This document shows positions 13,108-23,107 of a DNA stretch of 64,000 nt, in pieces (position 1 is the first letter of the stretch; each line of letters starts with the position of its first letter). A program made the translations under genes and the position numbers. The notes under the pieces were generated by a model. It was not told the origin of the DNA. It saw only the letters and a list, made by a program, of their open reading frames with translations, and ran no database searches. This stretch comes from an uncultured delta proteobacterium (GTDB taxonomy: Bacteria > Myxococcota_A > UBA9160 > UBA4427), in NCBI GenBank assembly GCA_963822965.1, contig CAWGJT010000005.1:96001-160000 (forward strand), read 5' to 3'.

Positions 13108-13509
13108 ATGGATGACCTGACGCCGGCCCGCCTCGAGCAAATGGCCCGGAAGCTCCACCTGCGGGACTACCGGCGTCACATCCTGCTCTGCGTCGGCGGC
13201 GACTGCGCGGACAGCGAGCAGCAGCAGCGGAGCTGGGCCTTCCTCAAGCGGCGCCTCAAGGAGCTGGGCCTCGTGGACGTCGAGGGCGCCGTCTACCGAT
13301 CGAAGGTGGACTGCCTCCGGGTCTGCATCGGCGGCCCCGTCGCCCTCGTGTATCCGGAGGGGGTCTGGTACCACTCGTGCAACGAGGCGAACCTGGAGCG
13401 CATCATCCAGGAGCATCTCATTGGGGGGCGCCCCGTCGCCGACCTGGCCTTCGTCGAGCGCCCGCTCCCGGAACCGGACACATCCGCCGGACCGGGTGGC
13501 GACGAGTGA
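13108..13509 (+). CDS. Thioredoxin-like [2Fe-2S] ferredoxin
   Basis: [30 protein letters not shown] and [12 protein letters not shown] motifs. Confidence 0.9.
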   Translation: MDDLTPARLEQMARKLHLRDYRRHILLCVGGDCADSEQQQRSWAFLKRRLKELGLVDVEGAVYRSKVDCLRVCIGGPVALVYPEGVWYHSCNEANLERIIQEHLIGGRPVADLAFVERPLPEPDTSAGPGGDE

Positions 13510-14348
13510 GGTCCGCGCGACTCCTCGGGCACCAGCATCACGCGCTGGAGGCGGTCGCGGCCGTCGCCGAAGGGCCGGTCGCCATCACCCTGTGCCGCGG
13601 CGGCGCCCGCAAGACCTACTACCACACCGACCCGAACGAGGACGCGGCCTGCTTCGCGTTCGGCGCCTTCGGCATCCTGGTCGCCGTGGCGGACGGCCAC
13701 CACGGCGCCCGGGGCGCCGAGCTGGCCGTCGAGTGGCTGCTCGCGAACCGCGCTCCCGAATGGACCGGCTCCGGTGCGGCCGGCCGATCCCGACGCCTGG
13801 CAGGAGTCGGCGCGTGAGACGCTGCAGGCCATCCACCGCGAGGTGCTGAGCCAGGGGGAATCGCTTCGGGTGGAGCCGGCCCCCACGACCCTGTCGCTGG
13901 CCCTGGTGCGTCCGGAGGCGGGCCTGCTGCTGCACGCGTCCGTGGGCGACAGCCACGTCTTCCTGGCGAGGCAGAACGACCCGAAGGGCCACGAAGCCCG
14001 CGACCTCGCGTGGTCGACCACGGGCCGCCGACGCTGCGCCTTCCTCGGCGAGCGCTACGAAGGCGAGGGCCTCGGGAGGAGCACTGGGTCGTGGGCTGCG
14101 AGCCCCTCGACGAAGCGCGCGCGGTCCTGCTGGCCACCGACGGATTGTCCGAGGTGCAGATCGGCGTCGAGGACCCCGCCGCCGCCGCCGCCGGGGCCGT
14201 CGAGCACGCCCTGGACAGCAAGCCCTCCCTGCGCGCGCTGGAAGCCTGTCGCAAGCTCACCGAGACGGCGCTGGACGCGCATCGTCGCAACGCCGCAGGC
14301 GACAACATGAGCGCGGCGGTCATCTGGCTGGATTCAGGCGACGAGTGA
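13506..14348 (+). CDS. PP2C-family protein phosphatase (frameshifted)
   Basis: [24 protein letters not shown] and AGDN motifs over three frames; GTGA overlap with the ferredoxin stop. Confidence 0.8.
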
Positions 14349-15458
14349 CAGCACGTGATCGGCGATGGCCGTCGCCGCGGTGAGCCCTGGCGACTCGATG
14401 CCGATGCAGTTCACGAAGCCGGGCCGCCCCCGCGCCGACTCCTCCGCCAGCACGAAGTCCGCGAAGCCCTCGCCCGGACCGGAGAGCTTGGGACGGATGC
14501 CGGCGTAGTCCGGCGAGAGCATCTCGGCGCGCACCGCCGGCAGGTAGCGCGACACCGACTCCGCGAAAGCCGTCGCCTTGCGGGGGTCGACGTCGTAGCG
14601 GATCTCGTCCACGTACTCGGTGTCGGGACCGAAGCGGATGCGACCCCCGAGATCGAGGGTGGCATGGGTGCCGAGCCCCGCCTGCACCGGCACCGGATAC
14701 ACGAGCCGCCTGAGGGAGACGGGAGCCGACGGCGCCAGCGAGAAGTAGTCGCCCTTGCAGTAGTGCAGGCGGTAGCCGCAGGCGTCGAGATCGAAGCCCG
14801 CCAGCTCGGCGACCCGGCCGGTCTCGAGGCCCGCTGCGTTGACGACCACCGGAGCCGTCACGCCGAAGGGCTCGCCCGCGTCCGCGGGGCCACCCGACGT
14901 CGCCAGCACCCGCCACACGTCGGCCGCGCGCTCGATTCCCTGGACCTCGGTTCGCAGCACCAGGGCGGCGCCGTGCGACTCGGCCTCCGCCAGGAAGGAG
15001 AGCGAGTAGGCGTGGGCGTCGACGATGCCGGTCTCGGGCGAGAGCAGCGCCCCCGCGCTGTGCACGTCGGGCTCGAGACGACGGACCGCGGCGGCGTCCC
15101 GATCCTCCAGCACGACGCCGTTCTCGGCGGCCGTGCGCTGGATCCGCTCGAGGACGGCGAGCTCGCCCCCGTCCGCTGCCACGATCAGCTTGCCGGTACG
15201 CCGGTGGGGCACACCGCGCTCGCGGCAACGCTGGTAGAGCGCGTGACGGCCGGCGACGCACAGCGCGGCCTTGAGGCTGCCGGCCGGGTAGTAGATGCCC
15301 GCGTGGATGACCTCGCTGTTCCGGCTCGTGGTCTCCCGCGCGATGCCGTCGTGGCGTTCGAGGACGACCACGGACCGGCCGGCGCGAGCCGCGGCCGCCG
15401 CCACGGCCAGGCCCACGACCCCCGCCCCGATCACCACCATGTCCGTATCGGCGCTCAC
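14334..15458 (-). CDS. FAD-dependent oxidoreductase, L-2-hydroxyglutarate oxidase-like
   Basis: GAGVVG, TSRNSEVIHAGIYY, YAGIRPKL and GIESPGLT motifs. Confidence 0.88.
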   Translation of the reverse strand: MSADTDMVVIGAGVVGLAVAAAAARAGRSVVVLERHDGIARETTSRNSEVIHAGIYYPAGSLKAALCVAGRHALYQRCRERGVPHRRTGKLIVAADGGELAVLERIQRTAAENGVVLEDRDAAAVRRLEPDVHSAGALLSPETGIVDAHAYSLSFLAEAESHGAALVLRTEVQGIERAADVWRVLATSGGPADAGEPFGVTAPVVVNAAGLETGRVAELAGFDLDACGYRLHYCKGDYFSLAPSAPVSLRRLVYPVPVQAGLGTHATLDLGGRIRFGPDTEYVDEIRYDVDPRKATAFAESVSRYLPAVRAEMLSPDYAGIRPKLSGPGEGFADFVLAEESARGRPGFVNCIGIESPGLTAATAIADHVLSLVA

Positions 15459-15480
15459 GTTCCGGGCGGCCGTGGGCGGC

Positions 15481-16713
15481 TCACGGCGCGCCGGAGCGAC
15501 CCGCTCCCCAGCGCGGAATCACGAGCTGCAGGAAGGCGTCCCGCTGCTCCTGGGGTCCGCGGACCAGCAGGGCCACCGCCGCCACGCCGTAGAAGGCGGT
15601 GAACCACCAGCGCGCCTCGGTGCTCGGGAAGAAGAGCTGCGCGGCGAAGAGCGCCGCCAGCCCCAGGGCCTCCTTCCGGCTGAAGGTCATGTCCGACAGC
15701 ATGATGGCCGCGAGGAGCGACTGGGCGGACGTGAGCAGCAGCTCCTCCACCTGCCGGGCGTCGAGGGGCAGCCCGTGCGGGGCACCCAGGGAGATCCCGT
15801 AGGCGATCGGGATCGCGCCCACCAGCAGGGTCCACTGGTTCACCTTCGAGGAGACGAGGGCGCCCATGCCCATGGAGCCCCGGAGCTTCCAGGCGAACAG
15901 GATCGCCACCACGAACTCCGGCGACTCCGACGCCAGCGGCGCGATCCACTGCACCAGCAGGAACTCGTCGATCAGGTGGTTGCGGCCGATGTGCACGAGG
16001 CTCTCGGCGAAGGGCTCCGCGGACACGTAGATGCTGGCCGCCGCGAAGACGAAGAGCGAGAGCGCCCAGACCCGGCGCCCGCGCGTGCCGAACTGCCCGT
16101 CGATGAGCTGCGCCGGCCCCACCAGCTCGGCGTCGTCCGTCTCGCCCCGGGCAGCGGCGTGCACGTAGGCGACGAAGAGACCGAGGAGCACCACCGCGTC
16201 CAGCAGGTCGATGCTGCCCGAGAGGGGGATGAAGAAGGAGTAGAGCGTGGCCCATACCAGGAAGCGCAGCTCCAGGCGCTGGCGCGGGTGGATCACGAGC
16301 TCGCGGGTCCGCCCCTTGAAGCAGGCCGTGAGCACCACGGCGGCCCAGCCGAAGCCGATGAGCAGCCGGTTGGCTCCGGTCATGTTCGCCACCGCGTAGC
16401 CCGCGTAGGAGGGATCCTGCCCCGCACGCCAGGCGAAGTGCAGATCGATGGCGTACTCGGGCAGCACGCCCACCAGCGCGAGCACCAGCAGCGCCAGGGA
16501 CTGGGGGATGTCGCGCTCGGCCACCTCGCACGCCCAGGAGAGCATGAAGGCGGCGCCCAGGATCGCGGCGCCCGCCAGCAGCGCGATGAGCTCGAAGGGC
16601 AGGCCGAGCCCACCGAGCGCCTGGGCAACCATCCACGGAACGGGGAGCATCACCCCGCACGAGAACCAGACGACGTCGCGGGCACGCGCCCGGGACGGCG
16701 GGTCCGCCCTCAT
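15481..16713 (-). CDS. Sodium:calcium (CaCA family) antiporter
   Basis: Multi-TM protein with alpha-repeat-like LPEYA..ANMTGAN and PLASESPE..SSKVNQWTLL. Confidence 0.82.
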   Translation of the reverse strand: MRADPPSRARARDVVWFSCGVMLPVPWMVAQALGGLGLPFELIALLAGAAILGAAFMLSWACEVAERDIPQSLALLVLALVGVLPEYAIDLHFAWRAGQDPSYAGYAVANMTGANRLLIGFGWAAVVLTACFKGRTRELVIHPRQRLELRFLVWATLYSFFIPLSGSIDLLDAVVLLGLFVAYVHAAARGETDDAELVGPAQLIDGQFGTRGRRVWALSLFVFAAASIYVSAEPFAESLVHIGRNHLIDEFLLVQWIAPLASESPEFVVAILFAWKLRGSMGMGALVSSKVNQWTLLVGAIPIAYGISLGAPHGLPLDARQVEELLLTSAQSLLAAIMLSDMTFSRKEALGLAALFAAQLFFPSTEARWWFTAFYGVAAVALLVRGPQEQRDAFLQLVIPRWGAGRSGAP

Positions 16714-17675
16714 GCCAGGGCTCGACCGAACTCGCGCTCGAAGCGGGCCTGCAGCTCGGGCAGGTCGGCCTCGATGCTCTGGGGCCCCGGGCGCGCCACC
16801 TTGAGCGAACCGAGCAGGCTTCCCAGCCGGGCGCCCTGCTCGAGGGGCAGGTCGTGGAGCAGGCCGTAGAGGATGCCCGCCCGATAGGCGTCGCCGCAGC
16901 CCGTCGGATCGACGACGCGCTCCGGCGCGACGGTCGGGATCTCCGCGCGCTCCCCTTCCATGCGCAGCGCGCGCTCGAGGCCGCCCCGCCGCACGCGCGA
17001 GCCCTGCTCGCCGCGCGTGACCACCACGGCGCCGACGCGCGCGGCAATGGCGTCCTCGTCGAGACCCGTCTTCTCGAGGGTCATCGCCCACTCGTAGTCG
17101 TTCACCACATACACGGACGCGCCGTCGAGCAGGTCGACGAGCTCGGGACCGTCGAACATGGGAAGCCCCTGCCCGGGATCGACCACGCACGCGATGCCCC
17201 GCTGCTTCAGGCTGCGCGCGTTCTCCACCATCGCCTGCTTGCCGTTCGGCGCCACGATGCCCACCCGGATCTCCTCGTCCACGGCGTCGATGGACGCCTC
17301 GTGGGCCCGGTCCATGGCCCCCGAATGGAAGGAGGTGATCTGGTTGTTCTCGAGATCCGTCGTGATGAAGCACTGGGCGGTGAAGCAGTCGTCGAGCACG
17401 CGGAGGCGGTCGCGCCGGATGCCGTGACGATCCATCCATTCCGCGTAGGCCGCGAAATCGTGACCGACCGTGCCGAGCAGGATCGGATCGACCCCCAGAC
17501 GGCGCAGGTTGTAGGCGATGTTGGCGCCGGTTCCGCCCCACTGCCGCTTCAGCTCGGGGACCATGAACGCGACGTTCAGGGTGTGGATCTTGTCGGGCAG
17601 GATGTGGTTCTGGAACTTGTCCGGAAAGACCATGATCTGATCGATGGCGATGGAGCCCGTGACGAGAACCGACAT
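16710..17675 (-). CDS. PfkB family carbohydrate/nucleoside kinase (adenosine kinase-like)
   Basis: VTGSIAID, GGTGANIAY, VNDYE and DPTGCGDAYRAG motifs. Confidence 0.9.
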   Translation of the reverse strand: MSVLVTGSIAIDQIMVFPDKFQNHILPDKIHTLNVAFMVPELKRQWGGTGANIAYNLRRLGVDPILLGTVGHDFAAYAEWMDRHGIRRDRLRVLDDCFTAQCFITTDLENNQITSFHSGAMDRAHEASIDAVDEEIRVGIVAPNGKQAMVENARSLKQRGIACVVDPGQGLPMFDGPELVDLLDGASVYVVNDYEWAMTLEKTGLDEDAIAARVGAVVVTRGEQGSRVRRGGLERALRMEGERAEIPTVAPERVVDPTGCGDAYRAGILYGLLHDLPLEQGARLGSLLGSLKVARPGPQSIEADLPELQARFEREFGRALA

Positions 17676-17798
17676 CTTCTCCCCTGCGTTTCCGGTGGGT
17701 TGCGAGTCGCGCAGTCTCGCGACCCCGAGGCAGAGCGTCAATGCCGCCGGCGGGCCCTCGGGTGCGGGGGATCGCGCCAGGACGGTAGAGTCGGCCGC

Positions 17799-18455
17799 AT
17801 GGGCGAGAGGAAGGAATCGAAGCGCGACCATCCCCTGCGCGTGGCCGTGCTGCTGTCGGGCAGCGGCACGAGCCTCGAGAACCTGCTCGAGCACATCGAC
17901 GCCGGCCAGGTGGACGCGGAGGTGGTGGTCGTCGTTTCGTCGAAGGAGAAGGCGGCAGGCCTCGAACGGGCACGGCGCCGCGGGATCCCGGCCGTCGCCG
18001 TGCCGCGCAGGCAGCACCCCGACGCGAAGGAGTTCAACGATCGGATCCACGCGGTCCTGGCGCCGTACGACGTGGAGCTCGTGGCGCTGCTCGGCTTCCT
18101 GTCGCTCTTCGAGCTGCGCGGAAGGTACGAGGGCCGAACGATCAACGTGCACCCCGCCCTGATCCCCGCCTTCTGCGGGAAGGGCTTCTACGGTCACCGG
18201 GTGCACGAGGAGGTGCTGGCGTCCGGGGTGAAGCTCACCGGCGCCACGGTGCACCTCTCGGACGACGCCTACGACCGGGGCCCCATCCTGCTGCAGGAGG
18301 CGGTTCCGGTCCTCGAGGACGACACCGTCGAGACCCTCGCCGCGCGGGTGCAGGCGGCGGAGCGGCGCCTCGTGCCCCGGGCCGTCCAGCTCTTCGCGGA
18401 GGGGCGCATCCGCGTCGAGGGCCGCCGGGCGCGCATCCTGCCCGAGGTCGCCTAG
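17799..18455 (+). CDS. purN: Phosphoribosylglycinamide formyltransferase
   Basis: LSGSGTSL, INVHPALIPAF, GATVH and YDRGPIL motifs. Confidence 0.93.
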   Translation: MGERKESKRDHPLRVAVLLSGSGTSLENLLEHIDAGQVDAEVVVVVSSKEKAAGLERARRRGIPAVAVPRRQHPDAKEFNDRIHAVLAPYDVELVALLGFLSLFELRGRYEGRTINVHPALIPAFCGKGFYGHRVHEEVLASGVKLTGATVHLSDDAYDRGPILLQEAVPVLEDDTVETLAARVQAAERRLVPRAVQLFAEGRIRVEGRRARILPEVA

Positions 18456-18668
18456 CCCCAATGCGTCATTCAGTGTGCTTCCTGCGTGCCGCAGACCCTG
18501 CCAGCCCTCTCGGATCGTGCGAGAACGGCGGAGCCAGCCTGAGCGCGACAACCTCATTCCCATGAGGTCCTGGCGTCGGGCTCGGGTCGCGGCACGGACC
18601 GAGCAAGACGCAGCGATTCGGCAGGCATTGGGAGTTGCGCCCTGATCCGCATGACGGATCAGGGCTAG
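18452..18668. mobile_element. ~217-bp MITE-like element, copy 2 (opposite orientation)
   Basis: CTAG at both ends, the left one supplying the purN stop codon; homologous to 7130-7345. Confidence 0.8.
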
Positions 18669-18684
18669 ATCGGGCCGCCGCCGC

Positions 18685-18713
18685 TTGACCGATAGCGAAC
18701 AAAAGGCGAAAAT
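18685..18713 (+). promoter_or_regulatory. imuA promoter with candidate operator CGAA-N7-CGAAA
   Basis: TTGACC-17nt-GAAAAT, 8 nt before GTG; same architecture at 30699-30727. Confidence 0.7.
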
Positions 18714-18721
18714 CCGCGGCT

Positions 18722-19636
18722 GTGTCCCGTGTACCCCCCGGCGGCGCCGTCCGCGTGCGCCGCGCACCGCATGCGCGTTTGCGAAGAGACCTCGAGGCCC
18801 TGCTGGGCGACCTCGGGCCCCAGCTCACCCGGGGCGGCCAGCTCGGGGTGCTCGATGCGAAGGCCGGGATGGCCGGGGGGGTGGAGGAGCGGGAACGCGC
18901 CCCCCGCCTGCCCGTGGGACAGCCCTCCCTCGACCGTCTGCTGGGGGGCGGCTTTCCGTTGGGTCTGAGCGAGGTGAGCGGGGCCGTCTCCGCCACCTCC
19001 TTCGTCACTTCCTCAGCCACCTCCTCCACCGGATCCTCGGAACGTATGGCCGCTCCCTCCGGATCGTCCGGACGGACCACGCTGGCGCTCTCGCTGGCGG
19101 CGGCCACCACGAGCCGGGGTGAGCTGGCGGCCTGGGTGGACGGCGCCGATGCGTTCGACCCCGCCTCGGCCGAACGGCTCGGGGTGGATCTCGATCGGGT
19201 GCTCTGGGTGCGGGCGCGAAGCTGGCAGGAAGCCTCGCGGGCCACCGAGCGGCTGCTCCGCACCGAGGGCTTCCCGCTCGTGCTGCTCGACTGGACGGCG
19301 TCCCGGGAGATCCCGAAGGACGTCTCCTGGATCCGGCTCTCGCGTCTGGCGACCGCCACGCGCACGACCCTGCTGCTGCTCTCGACCCACCGCCTCGCCG
19401 GTCCCCATGCCGAGCTGGCCCTCGAGATGCAGCCCGCCCGGGCCCGCTTCCACGGGACGCCCGCCCTGCTGGAGTCGCTGGAGACCCGGGTGGTGGTGGT
19501 TCGCAACCGCGCGGCACCGGTGGATCCGAGCGCGTCGTTCGAGATCGCGCTGACGGATCGCGAGCCCTCGCCCGCGCCCCCCGCGCCAGTCTCACCCCCC
19601 CAGCCCATCCCGCCCCCCCATGAGTCGGCCGCCTGA
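18722..19636 (+). CDS. imuA: ImuA (RecA-like mutasome accessory protein)
   Basis: LDRLLGGGFPLG.SE, SGRTTL, AWVDGADAFDP and GVDLDRVLWVR motifs; directly upstream of imuB. Confidence 0.85.
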   Translation: MSRVPPGGAVRVRRAPHARLRRDLEALLGDLGPQLTRGGQLGVLDAKAGMAGGVEERERAPRLPVGQPSLDRLLGGGFPLGLSEVSGAVSATSFVTSSATSSTGSSERMAAPSGSSGRTTLALSLAAATTSRGELAAWVDGADAFDPASAERLGVDLDRVLWVRARSWQEASRATERLLRTEGFPLVLLDWTASREIPKDVSWIRLSRLATATRTTLLLLSTHRLAGPHAELALEMQPARARFHGTPALLESLETRVVVVRNRAAPVDPSASFEIALTDREPSPAPPAPVSPPQPIPPPHESAA

Positions 19637-21176
19637 TTCCCGGGCCTCTCCGGACCGCGGGCGCGTAGCCTGCCTGCTGGTGCCGGACCTGCCGCTGCGG
19701 GCGTGCCTGCGCGCCCATCCCGAGCTCGCAGACACGCCCTTCGTCGTGGCCGCCGGCAGCGACGCCCGGGCCGAGGTGATCGAGGTGTCGCCGGCCGCTC
19801 TCCGCGCCGGGGTGCGGGCGCGGGGATCGGTGACCCAGGCCCGGGCGGTCTGCGGTGCCGTCCGGGTGCAGGTGATGTCCCCGGCGCTCGAGACGGCCAC
19901 CCGGCAGACCCTGCTCGACGTCGCCCTCTCCTTCTCTCCCCGCGCTGCCCTGGCGGAACGGTCGAGCTGGGCGTTTGCGAGCGAGGCCGCGGTGCTGCTG
20001 GACGCCTCGGGAACGACCCACCTCTACGACTCCGAGCGCCACTTCGCCTCGGCGCTCGCCGCCCGGGCCGAGACGACCGGGCTTCCGGGTGTGGTGGCGG
20101 TGGCGTCGTCCCAGGGCGTGGCCCGAATCGCCGCCCGTCAGACGTCGGCCGCGGGCGGCGATCCCTTGTGCGTGCTGCCACCCGGCACGGAGCAGCGCTT
20201 CCTTGCGGACCTGCCCGTCGACCTGCTCGACCCCGACGACAAGCTCGGGCAGCAGCTCACCCGCTTCGGCATCCACACGGTGCGCCACCTGCTGCGGCTG
20301 CCGCGGCGGGCCCTGGCCCAGCGACTGGGCCCGGAGGTGCTGCGTCTCGCCGACCTGGCCCGCGGTCAGGAGACCCTGCCGCCGCTGCCGGCTCCCGTGG
20401 ACGACCGCATCGAGGAGGCCATCGACCTCGAATATCCGGTGGACCGCGCCGAGCCCCTGCTCTTCGTGCTGCGCGGACAGCTCTCGCGCCTGATGGAGCG
20501 GCTGGCCCTGCGGCATCTGGCGAGCGGCCCCCTCGAGCTGCAGCTCGAGCTCGAGGGAGGCGGGAGGGACGTGCGTGGCATCGGCCTGGCGGCGCCGACC
20601 CGAGACGTGCGCGTGCTGCTTCGCCTGCTCGCCCTGGCGCTGGAGACGAAGCCGCCGGAGGCGCCGGTCCTGACCGTCCAGCTGGCCACGACCGGAATTC
20701 CCCTGCGGCGCGACCAGCTGGATCTCTTCCGCCCCCGTGGCCCGGACCCAAACACCCTGGACCGCACCCTGAGCGAGCTCGAAGCCCTGTGCGGCAGCGG
20801 ACGCGTGGGCGCACCCGAGGTTCCCGACGACCACCGTCCAGACGCCTTCGCGCTGCGGCCCTTCCAGCCGGGCTCGCGCAAGCCGGCCGCCGGCGCGAGA
20901 GCCCGGACGGAGGGACTCGTCGTGCGAGCCCTGCGGCCTCCGGTCGCCGCCGAGGTGCACGTCAGCCGGGGCATGCCCGTGTGGCTTCGCAGCGCAATCT
21001 CGCGCGGCGACGTCGTGCAGGCCTCGGGCCCGTGGCGGACGACGGGCCGCTGGTGGTCGGAGACGGATCGCTACGCGCTCGACCACTTCGACGTCCAGGT
21101 GAGCGACGGCACGGTGCTGCGGCTGTGCTTCGACTGGCACGGCCGCCGCTGGCGAATCGACGGGGTCTACGACTGA
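19620..21176 (+). CDS. imuB: ImuB (inactive Y-family polymerase)
   Basis: Y-family fold lacking the DMDAF/SLDE catalytic motifs; clamp-binding motif QLDLF; C-terminal GPWRTTGRWW. Confidence 0.88.
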   Translation: MSRPPDSRASPDRGRVACLLVPDLPLRACLRAHPELADTPFVVAAGSDARAEVIEVSPAALRAGVRARGSVTQARAVCGAVRVQVMSPALETATRQTLLDVALSFSPRAALAERSSWAFASEAAVLLDASGTTHLYDSERHFASALAARAETTGLPGVVAVASSQGVARIAARQTSAAGGDPLCVLPPGTEQRFLADLPVDLLDPDDKLGQQLTRFGIHTVRHLLRLPRRALAQRLGPEVLRLADLARGQETLPPLPAPVDDRIEEAIDLEYPVDRAEPLLFVLRGQLSRLMERLALRHLASGPLELQLELEGGGRDVRGIGLAAPTRDVRVLLRLLALALETKPPEAPVLTVQLATTGIPLRRDQLDLFRPRGPDPNTLDRTLSELEALCGSGRVGAPEVPDDHRPDAFALRPFQPGSRKPAAGARARTEGLVVRALRPPVAAEVHVSRGMPVWLRSAISRGDVVQASGPWRTTGRWWSETDRYALDHFDVQVSDGTVLRLCFDWHGRRWRIDGVYD

Positions 21177-21406
21177 GAAGACCCGTACGGACCCATTGCG
21201 GGTGTAAACCACCTCACATGATGGCCGAAAACTTCTGGCAGGACCCCGAATTGCCCGTAGACTGAGGCCGCGCTTCCTTCGCCTGCGCTCTGGCTGCTCT
21301 CGAAGGAGCACGAAGCTCCCAGATCGACACCGCGACGCCTAGCAACCGGCCCGCGCCCGGGTCCAGAAGCCCCGGCCCAGCCCGACGCAGAGGAAGACAT
21401 CCCGCA

Positions 21407-22000
21407 ATGTCAGCATCCACCCCCGAGCGGCAGGACCACATCCTCGCCTTCTTCCGCGGCTTCCTCGAGAAGCCGAAGCAGGTGGGCTCCATCATTCCGA
21501 GCTCGCGCTTCATGGAGAAGCGCCTCGTCCGCATCGCCGAGATCGAGAAGGCGAGCGTGGTGGTCGAGCTGGGTCCCGGCACCGGCGGCACCACCCGCGC
21601 GATGCTGTCCCGCATGCAGCCCGACGCCCGTCTGCTGGCGGTGGAGATCAACCCGCACTTCGTGAAGCTGCTGCACCGCACCATCCCCGACCCCCGGCTG
21701 ATCGTCCACGAGGGCAGCGCCGCCGAGATCGGCCAGGCCCTGGCGCAGCACGGCCTCTCGGCCGCCGACGTGATCCTGTCGGGCATCCCCTTCTCGACCA
21801 TGGACCGCCAGCTCGGTCTCTCGATCCTGCGCAGCGTCGACGCGAACCTCGCCCCCAGCGGGCGCTTCGTCGCCTACCAGTTCCGCGACCGGGTCGAGGA
21901 CCTGGGCCGCCAGGTGCTGGGCGCCCCCAGCGTGCAGGTGGAGCTGCTGAACGTCCCGCCGATGCGCATCTACCGCTGGAACAAGCCTGCCGCGGGTTGA
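21407..22000 (+). CDS. Phospholipid N-methyltransferase (PmtA/OlsG-like SAM methyltransferase)
   Basis: P.QVGSIIPSS, VVELGPGTGG, ILSGIPF and LNVPP motifs. Confidence 0.85.
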   Translation: MSASTPERQDHILAFFRGFLEKPKQVGSIIPSSRFMEKRLVRIAEIEKASVVVELGPGTGGTTRAMLSRMQPDARLLAVEINPHFVKLLHRTIPDPRLIVHEGSAAEIGQALAQHGLSAADVILSGIPFSTMDRQLGLSILRSVDANLAPSGRFVAYQFRDRVEDLGRQVLGAPSVQVELLNVPPMRIYRWNKPAAG

Positions 22001-22101
22001 TCTCCCGCTCCGCGGCCCGGCCGCGCTCCGGAAGAGCGCCCGCCGGCCCCCGCACCTCCGATAGAATGGCGACCCAACCCGAGCCTCCGGGAGAGTCCGC
22101 C

Positions 22102-23076
22102 ATGGAAGCCCCCCGCCTGCTGCGCTGGGAAGCCCTCAGTAAGAAGCGCTTCGACGAGATCGACCGGGAGCGCGCCGTGGTGCTGCTCACGTGCTCCCCG
22201 CTGGAGGTTCACGGGCCTCACCTCCCCATGGGCGCCGACGCCCTGGAGGGCGAGGGCCTGGCCGAGCGCATGCTGCGCTTCCTGCCCGAGAAGGAGAAGG
22301 ACCGGGTCTTCCTCAAGCTCCCCTTCATCTACGCGGCGACGGACACGGTCCCCCAGCCCGGTTCCCTCTACTTCCAGCCCTCCACCACCATGACCGTGCT
22401 CGAGGACCTGGGCCGCACCCTCGCCGCCCAGGGGTTCCGTCACGTTCTGGTGTCGAACTTCCACGGCGGTCCGCGCCACTTCCTCGCCATCGAGAAGGCC
22501 TGCCAGCGGGTGCACCGCCGTCACGGCCTCCGGATGGTCTCGGTCTTCTCGCTGATGATCAGCCGGCTGACGAACGGCACGTCGAACCTGGACGACGTGC
22601 TGGGCAGCGTGCCGGGCGTCCACAAGCCGGACCTGGCGGGGGACACCCACGGCGGCCTCGTGGAGACCTCCCAGCTGCTGGCCCTGCACGGCGACTGGGT
22701 GGAGCGCGACTACAAGAGCCTGCCCCGCATGACGACCGAGATCTGGCTCGAGCAGCGGGGGCAGAGGCGCATCGAGAAGGGGAACCGCCTGTCGCAGATC
22801 GTGTCGCTCGTGCGCGGCAACCGGCACGGCATGGCGTTCTTCAAGGAGCAGACCTACTCGGGCGCGCCGGCCGGTGCCTCGGCCGAGCTGGGCGAGCGCT
22901 TCCTCGACCTGCTGGGCGAGAAGGCGGGGCAGGCCGTGGGCGAGCTGCTGGCCGGCGAAATCGGCCCGGACGACTGCCACTCCCCGCTCTGGGGCCTGCG
23001 CTTCCTCTTCCTCAACCCCGTGATGATCCGCCTCTCGAACTGGGCGATCGGTCTGCGACCGAACCCGATCGCCTAG
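22102..23076 (+). CDS. Creatininase family amidohydrolase
   Basis: PLEVHGPHLPMGAD, NFHGG and HGGLVETS motifs. Confidence 0.85.
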   Translation: MEAPRLLRWEALSKKRFDEIDRERAVVLLTCSPLEVHGPHLPMGADALEGEGLAERMLRFLPEKEKDRVFLKLPFIYAATDTVPQPGSLYFQPSTTMTVLEDLGRTLAAQGFRHVLVSNFHGGPRHFLAIEKACQRVHRRHGLRMVSVFSLMISRLTNGTSNLDDVLGSVPGVHKPDLAGDTHGGLVETSQLLALHGDWVERDYKSLPRMTTEIWLEQRGQRRIEKGNRLSQIVSLVRGNRHGMAFFKEQTYSGAPAGASAELGERFLDLLGEKAGQAVGELLAGEIGPDDCHSPLWGLRFLFLNPVMIRLSNWAIGLRPNPIA

Positions 23077-23107
23077 GCCGCCGGGCGCACCGGGGCCGAC
23101 ACGAAAG

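Noticed and set aside
21165..21270. Lower-GC ~90-bp segment flanked by GACTGAG, sharing ACCACCTCAC with 35848-35857
   Set aside because: Matches are too short to separate from chance; no supporting structure.
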